Positions 52,645 through 64,000 of a stretch of 64,000 nt of DNA are shown here, one piece after another. Where the stretch lies: positions 83,514,001-83,578,000 of the forward strand of contig OX597816.1 in assembly GCA_951406725.2 (NCBI GenBank), in the 5' to 3' direction. The notes below the pieces were generated by a model. That model was given only the letters and a program-made list of their open reading frames with translations. It did not search any database and had not been told where the DNA came from. The position numbers and the translations under genes are program-made. This DNA is from Octopus vulgaris. Its lineage: Eukaryota. How positions within the stretch are numbered: the stretch's first letter is position 1; each line of letters opens with the position of its first letter.

Positions 52645-53963
52645 TCGACTTTATTTGCGAATTTATTGTACAAAAATGGTAAAACATGATGGTTAAATGA
52701 TTTGTTTGTTGTAGAATATTCTAAAATGTGCACTAAGTGGAATCTGTCTATTATTAGAATCTCGTACGTGTTGTTGATGAATTATCTATATTTTTGTTTG
52801 TCTCATTCAATCTTCTTTACATTCAATAACATAAATTAATTTGTGTATGTATATGTTTATATAATTCTGTTTTATTTAAATTACATGCACATGTGCATGT
52901 GTCTCTTCTTTCTTCATCCAATATTTCCCACTTCCCTTCTTGCGCTTTTTCTCTTTTCCCATTTTATGCCTTTCAAGGCATTTTGTCTTCCCCTACCTCA
53001 CTACTACCACTATTTTCCTCTTCCTCATATCTCTTTTCCCACCTCTTTCTCTCGCAAGATCACATTGTTTATCTCTTTTCTCTTTCTTTCTACCTTATTT
53101 TCTCTCTCTTTAACAACCTCCCCTTTCTCTCTCTCTCTCTCTCTCTCTCCGCCGTACGATACTGTTTCTCTGTATCCACAGCACAGTTTCTATTCTCTCG
53201 TTCTCACATTCCATCCTCTCTTGCTCTTTCATTTTCTCTCTCACTTTCTGCTGTTACCTCCCATCTCTATCCTTATCCTTATTATTAGACCGCAAAGCGT
53301 CTTATGTTTCACTTTTCTTCATCTTATTAAATATTTTGAACGAGATGCAGAAACAGTCGGGAAACCATGCATGCGTTGACCCAACACATACACTTCACAA
53401 ATACACAGCAGATCACAAATACACAGCAGATCAAAATGTATGGTGATGGAGGAATCACAACAACACACGCAACCCCATGGACATACATACTTAAATCAAT
53501 ACATACACACAAACAACCACACACATCCTTCCTGCTTCCATATAATATAGACGGAAACTTGTGCACAGTTCCATAGACAACGTAAATCCAGCTAAACACA
53601 CAAATACACACACACACACATACTTGGTTCCAAACACCCACAGTAACGTAAAACCATGTACACACACATACATAAAACCACGCACATACTCAAACTCGGA
53701 AAAGCTCACACAGCTTTGCCGATTCTTAAAGGCTTTAAGTCGCTCAGATTTTGTCTAATTAGACACGTGAAACTCTAGGGTTTCGAAACCGAAAGTTCCA
53801 GCAATATAATATGGAATGAAACGTGTCACGCGAAAACTCTCAACCTCTTCGTTCTTCAGCCTCTCTGTCTGTCTGTCTCCTCCTTCATAGAGTAACTGCT
53901 GCATTTATTGAGTATTCAAACATTTTGGCTGTTTGTTTCTTTGGAGACTGTCAGAATGATGTA

Positions 53964-54013
53964 GACGCCTCTGATGAGAACCCAATAAGGTTCGAAAATT
54001 GATTAAAGTTGTT
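53964..54013 (+). ncRNA. Degenerate type I hammerhead relic, antisense in ARID3 intron
   Basis: CUGAUGA-GAACC caauaa GGUUC-GAAA with a perfect 5-bp stem II. Stems I and III are imperfect. Confidence 0.4.
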
Positions 54014-55003
54014 CATCGTTTTTTCAGTGTGAGGAGAAATGGCTAAATGGCTATGGAAGGGTGAAAGATAAAGCTAACATCGATTTGGATTTGAACACAG
54101 AAACGAAAGAGCTGTAACAACACTGTATAATGTTTTTCCAACTTCTCTTGATTCGTGAGCTGGTGACAAATTATACTTCATTTCTCTTTACTTCATTTAA
54201 CGTTGCTCTAGCCTACTCAGTTGAAATGAGTGTCAGCTCTCTCTCCTACCCTAGCTGTCATATGGATTTTCCGCTGGAACAAGGTTTAGAGTCTCAAGTG
54301 TGTCAGTGTGTCTGTTCGCAACAGCAAAGACACCTAAAAGAGACAGTGATCGCACGGTATATGCTAATAAGGTCAAACTCGCTTGCGAGTGAGGTTGCGG
54401 TAGAAGAATAGAAAAATTATCATGATTTACTGCTTTTGGTATTGTTGTTGCTTAACACAAGATCAGCCCTAATGGAGCAAAGAGCAATGTTACGATCAAA
54501 AACATTCTTATCGTGAGTACACACTCATCTTCCTTTATGTTTGAATTAAGAGCGATTTGGCTGCTATTTCTAGCAGCTATGGTTTCATTAATTAGGTACA
54601 AACAAATTGTTATCCCTATTGCTCTTTATTCCAAGTCGGTCCTGATAGAACTGGGCTCTGATCAGAAACACTCCGGTTTTAACCATCACAAATTTTTCGT
54701 TCATCAATGGGGTACACTATCCCATTAACCTTTCTCTGTTTAAAACAGCTGGGTTTGGTTAGAGGAAATTTAACTGCAGTTTGTAGCAAGTCGAACTACA
54801 GTTTTGAGGCGCCATCGTCGACTTCAAAAGCCAATTATTTAAAAGAAGTGATATAAGTGACATTATAGCTCGCTTCCTGATTTTTCCAAATGGTTTATTA
54901 TGTGCACGGTGTAGAAATTTTTTGAGATAGCGTTAACCAAGAATCGAAAACTCATCTCGAGTTAAGAGCATACAAACTCTACATTACAACGAATTAAAAA
55001 TGC

Positions 55004-55084
<81 letters not shown>

Positions 55085-55087
<3 letters not shown>

Positions 55088-55548
55088 GATGGGCTACAGC
55101 AAATATTCTGCTCAATACCACAGATTTGCTTGTCAGTTGTTTGACTTTAAGCAGTTGAGCATGTCCCTTAGTGGCTGACGATATGTGCATCTCTGATTAC
55201 GAGCAGAAGTAGTAGGGGAGCATCATAGCCATGTGTTGAAAGGGATTCTTTGGGGTTTGAATAATTCACCTCTGGAAACATGGGTGGTTCTTTCAACATC
55301 CTGAAACAACCCTTATTCAGGGACCTTTTGAGCGGGATGGGCTACTCAACCTGAAGGAAATTCTAACTGGGCCCCACCTGCAAGGTCATGTGCTGTTTAT
55401 CTTGATATGAGATCACCATGTCGCGCACATATGGTTGTGATGCATGTGCCTGGTGTACCTTTATCAGACGGGTAGTCATGATGGGTATATTGGGCTTCGT
55501 ATATTTTACCCCAGTGTCACTTGGATGGCATGCACTGCTCTCTCACTC
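55085..55548 (+). mobile_element. About 465-bp retroelement 3' fragment embedded in (TAA)n (Dong/R4-like or derived)
   Basis: (AAT)n on both sides (55048-55084, 55549-55564). Diverged inverted copy at 861-1331. Confidence 0.6.
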
Positions 55549-55900
55549 AATAATAATAATAATAAAGGATTTTGTTCTTATGCATCACTATCCTAATCAC
55601 CAGTAAAAGAATCCCACCAACAGTTGTAGCAACAATATGGAAGATGTCTTGGAACTTGAGCAAAAATTATTGAAACATACTTGAAAGCTTCCTTTAATAA
55701 TTATTTTACTTTACTTCTGTCTTCTCTCTCCCCACTCTGTGTCTCCTCACTCTCTTTTTATCTATTCTGTCTATCATTCTGTCTTCTCTCCTCTCTTACC
55801 CTTCCCTCTCTGCTTCTCTCGCAATTTCTAAAAGTTGTGTTCTATCCACCGCTTTTTCCTCCACCTATTCCCTCTTCAACTCCTCTTCTATCTGCTTCTT

Positions 55901-55950
<50 letters not shown>

Positions 55951-56952
55951 GCTGTATTTCTGTCTGTCTCTCTGTTCTTGAGTGTGTTTCCATCTTACTC
56001 TTTTTTACGTATCCTCTATTCAACATCTCTCTCTCTCTCTCTCTCTTTCTCAAAATAGTTTTGGTTTTGTTTCTCTCTCGCTTCCTCATCCAACTTAACT
56101 CAATTTCTTTGTTTTCTCTAGTAACACCATTCATTTCTCCCTCCCTCTGTATGTCTCTCAATTTTCTTCTGTTACTGTCTGTCTATCTGTCTATCTGTCT
56201 CTCTCTTCCTCTCTCTGTTCAGTTTCTAAGTCGGCCGAACGCTTTATTAACATCTTATTGTTTCAACTTCATTATTCTTTATGTACGAAATGTTTCCTTC
56301 TTAATTCCCGCATCGACTCCACGTCCTTCTCCTCTAACCACACTCCTCTCCTTACCCTGTCATCTTATCTTCCCACCACATACAACACACACACTCACAC
56401 AACAATATACACACGCACATGCACATACAAGCACACACAGACACACACACATTACGGCTCCTTTTTATTACGTCGTTCGTTTTCCTTTTTCTTTTAATTC
56501 CTTTGAGTTTTTCTCTTCGTGGTGGTCGAAGTTATTGTTGCTGCCGATATTGTTATTGTTCACTGTTCTTCCTCCTTTCCACCATTTTATATATTTCCAA
56601 ACTGACACGCATGCGCGCACAAAATGCGTCTATGGGGAAACTCTACGTGGTCAATCGATTTGCTGGACATGACAACCAAATCTTCTTCAAATCACATCCC
56701 GTTGTATTACTAGAAGAAACGTTGGATACTACCTATGGCCCAGGATTACCTGTCTGTGCATAGGAATTAAAGCAGGACTGACATGGCTGGAATACTTTTC
56801 CTTGAAAATCTGCTCGATCATGTTTGAGCTAGGACTCAGCAACAACGACACATATACACGTATAATCATATATATATACACACACAGGCACACACATATA
56901 TATGTGTATGTATGTATGTATTTATGTCCGTACGTATCTATCTATCTATGTT

Positions 56953-56994
<42 letters not shown>

Positions 56995-56999
<5 letters not shown>

Positions 57000-57140
57000 T
57001 GTGCTTCCCAACCACATAGTTTCGGGTTCAGTCCCATTACGTTTCACCTTGGGCCAGCGTTCTCTACTATAGCCATGAACCAACCAAAGCATCGTGAGTG
57101 GATTTGGTAGACGGAAACTGAAAAGAACCCGTCGTATATA
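56995..57140 (+). mobile_element. SINE group A, 5' part
   Basis: ccaaccacatagtttcgggttcagtccc...gtgagtggatttggtagacggaaactg. Confidence 0.8.
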
Positions 57141-57439
57141 TATATATTCTCGCTTTTTTTACTGTACATTCTTTTCCCTTTACATTATGTATTTCTTTAT
57201 TCTTTTCTGTCTTTATCGGCGGCATCTTTACTTCTTCCAATTGGCTTTTTCACTCTACTTCTCACTCATTTGATAGTCCTTCTCTCTCTCTCTCTCTCAC
57301 TCTCTGTTAACTTATTTTTCTGTCTCTTTACGCTCAATCACATACATACATACATACATATATATATACATCCATCCATCCATACATACATATATACATA
57401 CATGCAGACAGACAGACACACACACACACATTCACACAC

Positions 57440-57517
<78 letters not shown>

Positions 57518-58031
57518 TCACACACACTCTTTGCTGATTTCATTTTCCTATAATTTCTGTTTCTTAATTTTATTTCTTCTCTCCTCTTTCTCTAACTTCT
57601 CTTATAAACTCTTTCATTTTTACCTATTTCTTCCCCCTCTTTCCTTCTACTGTTATACAAACAGTATAAAGAATATCCATATTACTCTCTCTCTCTCCTC
57701 CTCCTGCTCCTGCTGTTCCCCCTGCTCCTCTTCCTCCTCTTTGTATCAGTTGCTTTCCATTTAACTCTAAATGTCTACTCGATAACTTCCACTCTTACTC
57801 TCTACTCACAGATCTCCCACTTTTCTGTCTTATTTCTTTCTCCTCTTTCATTTTATCACTTTTCTTTCCTGATCTCTCTGCTTACAAATTATTTAATTTC
57901 TGTTTCATCTCCTCCCTCCCTCTCTTCCTTTCTCTCTCTCGTTCACTCTCTCTTTTTCTCTCTATCTCTCTAATTCTATATATCTAACTTTATTATAGCC
58001 ACTATATATATTTTCATCTCTCTCTGTCACT

Positions 58032-58348
<317 letters not shown>

Positions 58349-58379
58349 ATCTACCCAGCTCTTTCCCTTTCTCAATCAT

Positions 58380-59560
58380 TCTGTGTTTAAGACAACGTCT
58401 ATAAATCAGAATTATAGATGGAACAGTATTTTCTCTTTTCTAAATGATTACAGGAGAAAATTGCAAAACAAGGTCAGAATCAATTGCTTGCTACAATGTA
58501 ATGTTCTTCAAAAATTCTAAATTACCATTCTTTAATGAAAAGTTCCTACTTTTAAAACTTTACTTCCTTCCAGAAACTTGTTTTATTGTCTAGAACTTTA
58601 CGCCATATTTGCTGTTAGTCTCCCCAACAATAGCCAATAAATTAAGTTAACCTTGAAGCTTTTCCCTAAATTGTATTCCATACATTCCGCCTATGAAGAC
58701 CACACTTCTGTTTCCTCCACTGAAATATTTTCAATCATAATTTTATCTATTTTGTTCCTTCAAATCGGTCATCGTGTTCCTAAATTTCTCACATACAAGA
58801 ACTATTTTTTTTTAATTCATCCATTCAGAATTTTTTTTTCTGCTTAATTCATTCATTCAGTCTTTTCCTTCATAAACTTTCTTCACACCTAGCTATGCAA
58901 TATTCATTTTCAATTTCACTCATTCGGATTTTTTCTTCAAATTCGTTTTTTCACCTTTTCTTTCAAAACACTTTCTTTAAACATGCCATTTTCTTTGACA
59001 ATAAAATTATCAAACATACTTATTCAGTCGTCTCCTTCAAAATGGTTTTTCAGATTTGATCTTTCGAAATTTCAATGTTTTTCTTAACTCTTCAAATTCC
59101 ATCATACACCTACTATTATCATTACTACTACCATTATTATTGCATTGATATTTCCTGCTTATTTTTTTCCAAACTTTTTCCTATCAAGTTCTTCAAGTTT
59201 AATCTCAATAATTTTCTTAAATTTCTCTTATTTTACCCTACTTTTATTGCCTTTCTTCAAAAATTTCATTTATAAATATATACACCACCACTCCAGATCT
59301 CTGCAGTGCATATATATTGGAAGATTTCTCTAAATCTCGATTTTTGCTAACATGAATATTCTTCCCACTCACTTTCTCAAACTATCATCGTTATACATGA
59401 AAGAAATTAACATCAAATATTTCAGATAACTTTTCATTGAGCCAACAAAAACAGATTCTTCTACACAACTACAAAGATATCAAGCTACATTAACAGTGAT
59501 TCATCAATAGTTTGAAAGTAACACCTTTAAAATTCAGATTAAAGGATACGGCACTATAAC
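58380..59560 (-). mobile_element. Possible heavily decayed LINE ORF (Dong/R4-like)
   Basis: Strong purine/A skew on the minus strand with K/E-rich fragments and faint WKAPG/GRT.LI.K-like remnants. No continuous ORF. Confidence 0.3.
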
Positions 59561-59909
59561 GCCAAATCATCTAAAGCTTTAAGAAGAAAACAAAAGGAAA
59601 AAAATATAGTAAAAATAATCAATGAGTATATCTATTATTTGTGACAAATTACTAAGTTGCAATGAAGACAACATTATCCGATTGTTTGTGACAACGCGCA
59701 CTCAGCTTTTTTCTTTTATTGTTAGTTGAGGTTTTTGTATTATTTTTTTGGTATCTAGTTATTCTATGCAGAGATCTATAGAAACAAGAGTTGGAATTCA
59801 AGAGTTGGAATTCCATGGAGGTATATGAAAATACACACCTGCCTTGATATACGTGCAAACAAATATACTTATATTATACATATACACAGACGCAAACATA
59901 CATACATAG

Positions 59910-59981
<72 letters not shown>

Positions 59982-60849
59982 CATGCATACACAGACCAAT
60001 GATATGTGTGTGCATATATATGTATATATATATACACACACACACATTTACATATACACACACATTTACATATGTATATATATATATGCGTTTATATTCA
60101 TATATATATATATATATATATAAATATTCATGGACACATAACACAAGCGTGCGCACATACACATATGCACACATAATATAATATTGAGTACTTTGTACCC
60201 AATGTCGTCTGTAAATACTGCATATTATCATTATTATATGTGTAGTCTTCGTGAACGTGTATGTACGTCTGTTTGAGTATATATGTGCGAGCATAGATAG
60301 CTAGATAGCTAGATAGATAGATAGATAGCTAGATAGATAGATAGATGGATAGATGGATAGATAGATAGATAGAAGAAGTTTGATGTGTGGGTGTGTCTAG
60401 GAGAGCAAGCTATTATGTATAGAAAACTATACTGAACTCATACTGAACTGAAAGAAACTTTGATAGAATATCTCAGACATGCGAATCCAAAGACACACCT
60501 TACGACGTTAGAGCGGTATTTTTAGAGCGTTACAGTATTTTTTCTGATTATCTGCGCTCAGTCTTACTATGAAACTTGGCTACACTATAATATAAGAGAG
60601 CTGTGAGAGGCCATTGTTTCTGCATGACGTTCTTTCAATCCCATCTTAGGTCCATATGCCGTAAAAAATTGATTTTCTATATATACTATGGGGCGTTAAG
60701 ATATACTTGAAAAAACCTGACCGCGAGGTCTCTGTCAGCCCAAATAAGTTAACTGATGATGTAAATTTATTATTCTACAGTTCTCTAGGTTATGCTGTAT
60801 ATGTTTTTATAGCTTTGTTACTAATGATATATCTGATTTAAGGAAATCT

Positions 60850-61145
60850 GAGGGGAGTAGGCTAATTGATACTACCGACACTGGTACTTTATTTTATCAG
60901 CCCCGAAAGGATGAAAGGCAGGGTTGATCTCTGCGAAATTTGAAATCAGAATGTAAATAAACGGATCAAACAACGCATATGTTTTCCTGTAATCTAGCGC
61001 TTCTGCCACCTCACCGCCATTTTAATATTGGTTTGAAATTTTGGCATAAGGCCAGCAAGTTCGGTGGGGAGGGTGTAAGTCGATTACATCGATCTCAGTA
61101 TTCCTCTGGTACCGATTTTATCAACCCCAGTGCTCAATATGAAAG
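60850..61145 (-). mobile_element. Two diverged group B SINE fragments
   Basis: ctggtactttattttatc.gccccgaaaggatgaaaggca and gtaagtcgattacatcga. Confidence 0.65.
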
Positions 61146-61396
61146 GCAAATTCTAGCTCGCTGTAAATTGCACTCAGAAAGAAATACTAACGATGCTACC
61201 AGCACGCCGCATTTTTTATATTAATAATTAAACGTAATGTGTGTGTATATGTGTGTGTATGTGCGCGCGCGTGTGCATGCATGTATGTATGCATGTATGT
61301 ATGCATGTATGTATACATGTATACATATGTGTGTCTGTGTTTCAGAAAAATTTCATTTTTTTTTCTTATCCCACCCCAGGAAATATAATTACTCAC

Positions 61397-61630
61397 TCCT
61401 ACTTGTAATTTTAATGTGAGCACTCGGCATTCCGGCGTGAACCAGTAGTCGTTCCTCTTCTGACATTGCAAGACGTTTCCTTGGAGGGCTTTCTTCGACA
61501 GCAGCTCGTGAAGCAGCTTCCATTTTTCGGGTCGCTTCTTCCATCGCTCTAGATGCAGCTTCCATTGCCAGCGCATCTCTTTCTGATAGACTACGTGACT
61601 GCAGCGGTGTTGATGGCATACTGTCATCAT
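61397..61630 (-). CDS. ARID3: ARID3/dead ringer-like transcription factor, penultimate coding exon (first part of REKLES region)
   Basis: Minus strand: acceptor ttttcacag|AT GAT GAC, donor AGT AGG A|gtgagt. 234 bp, phase 1-1. Encodes (D)DDSMPSTPLQSRSLSERDALAMEAASRAMEEATRKMEAASRAAVEESPPRKRLAMSEEERLLVHAGMPSAHIKITSR, resembling ARID3 'EPPEKKMALVADEQQRLM...LPMSIRINS'. Splices in frame to the exon at 52577. Confidence 0.88.
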
Positions 61631-61639
61631 CTGTGAAAA

Positions 61640-61906
61640 TAATGGTAGTGATAACAATAGTAGTAGTAGTAGTGGTGGTGGTAATAGTAGTAGTAGCATT
61701 AGTAGTAAAGATAACATCAAGAACAACAATAACAACAACGACGATGATGACGACAACGACAACAACAAATAATAATAATAATAATAGAAGTAGTAGTGGT
61801 GGTGGCGGTGGTAATAGTAGTAGTAGCAGTAGTAGTAAAGATAACATCAAGGACAACAATAACAACAACGACGATGATGACGACAACGACAACAACAACA
61901 GCAACA

Positions 61907-61966
<60 letters not shown>

Positions 61967-61982
61967 TATAATTATAATAATA
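61640..61982 (+). repeat. Low-complexity trinucleotide tract with a 130-bp-period tandem duplication
   Basis: tagtagtaaagataacatcaag.acaacaataacaacaacgacgatgatgacgacaacgacaacaacaa at about 61700-61768 and 61830-61898. Confidence 0.9.
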
Positions 61983-64000
61983 CTTTCATACAAAAACAAT
62001 GAACGGGCGACATTTCATTGAACAGTATAATCAACAGTCTCCAGTCCGTAGTTGGGCAAATGAAACGTACAAATAGCTTGGGAATGGGTGCCCCGTTCCA
62101 GCGGTTTTCCATCAAGGACCCAAAGTATAAACGTTAGGGAGAAAGAGAAAGAAAGAAAGCGAGAGAGAGAGAGAGATAAATGAAACAAAAATGTTTCTCA
62201 ATGCGGAGAACAACATCTTGAGTCAGTAGATTAACCCACAGATCCAGTCACCTGTATTACTAGGGGCGAGTATTATGCTCATTCATGTGAGTCACTCGCG
62301 TCACTCTCAACGTATTTCAGTAAAAATACTGAAGAATAGAACCCCTCTCTTCATTCTTACCATTCTCCCCAAGATTTATTTAAAAGAAAAATGATGAAGA
62401 ATTGGTGACAGTAGTCGTTCCTCTTCTGACATTGGTTCATTTCAAAGCTGTCCATCACACTACTTCTTTCAGTATAGCGATGAGATAGATGATAATTGTT
62501 TGCTTTCTCGGCTGTGATGAATCAGTGATAGAATAAGCTAATAACCATATTTGTCCTTCATGCGATAAGAGCTATTTGATGCAAACTTACAGGTTATAAG
62601 TACTTGGATACAGCACAGAACATGTGCATATAGATATTATAAACGTAGAGAGAGAGGGGCATAAATGTGATACATAAAAGTTTGATGCACAGAACATAAG
62701 TACCCACAAACAAACGGCAAAGAAGACGTCACTTAAGTAGGATCAAGGCACCTCCTGACTCTGTGCTGGGAAAGGAGTCATCTACGTTCTCCTTGGTTCC
62801 CCTAGCTCGTCTACCCCTCATGATAATTGTTCTGAGAATGAAGCGACATCATTTGTCTCTGCTTCCGCTTTAACTATTTTCGGAGCTTCGGCTGGTGCAG
62901 CAGCAGCAGCAGCAGCAGCAGCAGCCATGGTCACTTGCTACTGTCTTTTGTTATCCCCTTCACTTTTTTTGCATTTCTCTTCTTGAACAAGTAGATACTG
63001 ATTCTTCCTGAGAATTCCTGAGTATAGTGTCGGTAGAATATTCGCTAACTTCGTTAATTGAACGAATAGGCTGATCGTTAATGGAACAAATTGAAACTCC
63101 TCGTCCAAAGTAACAGAAACCATTTGTATACAATTTCACATACACACATAGACACATATATGCACATACATATTTTGATATCATAAGAAATTACCATAGT
63201 CAGTCATAACTTTCGCTCTGACGTCACATCCATACAAAAGCCCAAATGACTTAGCACGTCGACTCTTATGATATTAGAAAATATGTTTATTTGAATTTTC
63301 ATTTCGTATCGAGTTCTATCTATGTCATTCACATAATGTTGTCATTAACGTAAGATTATATACTTGGCATACAGCCTTATTTTAAACACATACATTACAA
63401 AATGTGTGTCTGCATATGTATGCTTAGAGAGCGGGGAAAGATAAGACAAAAGAGAAAGAGAAAATGTGATAGTCAGCGAAAGCTAAAATAAAAGGAAAAT
63501 GGGTTTAAAATGTAAAGAAAAACATATTAAATAAAATGGGAGCATTTATACCGCCTTGAATTTGATGAAATCAAGGTCCGATCGATACGTTGTCAACATA
63601 AAAGTTTGCAAAAATGCTAAGATCTAGGATTTCGTCACCCACCTTGATACTTTAAAATCATGGAATTCAAAATGTCTGCTGAAGTGACAGAGAGCATTCC
63701 AAAAGACAAAAGAACAAACAAGTAAACGAAATTAGTATGTGAAGTAATGGGAAAAATCGATAGTCAGAGATAGATTGCCTTGTTGGTAGGAGACTCACTA
63801 TTTAAAAAAGGATCTATAGTTCGAACCCTTTCACCTCGTCTGCACTAGATAGTTGTATATCACCTGTAACCAGAAACGCCCAGTATATCTGTCAATACAC
63901 ATGTTATTTTTACGATGTATCACGCCCGGCCTAGCAGTAACTAGTTATTTGTGGACTTCCTTCATCAAAGTGCTAATCCTCTAGAATTAGCTTTCCTTCC

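Noticed and set aside
59652-59858. ORF containing YQG / SME as a candidate REKLES exon
   Set aside because: Motifs are in the wrong order and it lies next to microsatellite. The true match is at 52474-52577.
61389-61907. 172-aa ORF with an apparent hydrophobic signal or TM N-terminus
   Set aside because: The N-terminal part is intronic trinucleotide repeat. Only 61397-61630 is bounded by splice sites.

Overview
AT-rich, microsatellite-saturated animal DNA. The SINE repertoire looks like octopus/cephalopod; that assignment is from recognition of repeat families, not proven. The only protein-coding gene I can support is the 3' end of a minus-strand ARID3/dead ringer transcription factor. Two REKLES-domain exons (61397-61630 and 52474-52577) have clean phase-1 GT-AG junctions, and the ARID exons must lie beyond the right edge. 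The rest is intergenic or intronic: at least three groups of tRNA-derived SINEs, two internally deleted mariner elements, decayed LINE 3' ends, fold-back hairpins, and many short non-coding elements sitting inside (TA)n arrays. Those (TA)n-embedded, Penelope-pLTR/retrozyme-like elements carry hammerhead ribozyme (HHR) motifs of three architectures. The first is a canonical type I HHR inside a 459-nt unit bounded by 46-nt identical direct repeats. The second is minimal type I HHRs with altered cores. The third, and the main finding, is five copies from three element families in which the three hammerhead strands occur in reversed, non-circularly permuted order, with compensatory base changes in stems I and III. 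Almost all entries in the supplied ORF track are microsatellite artefacts. Repeat boundaries are read by eye and approximate.
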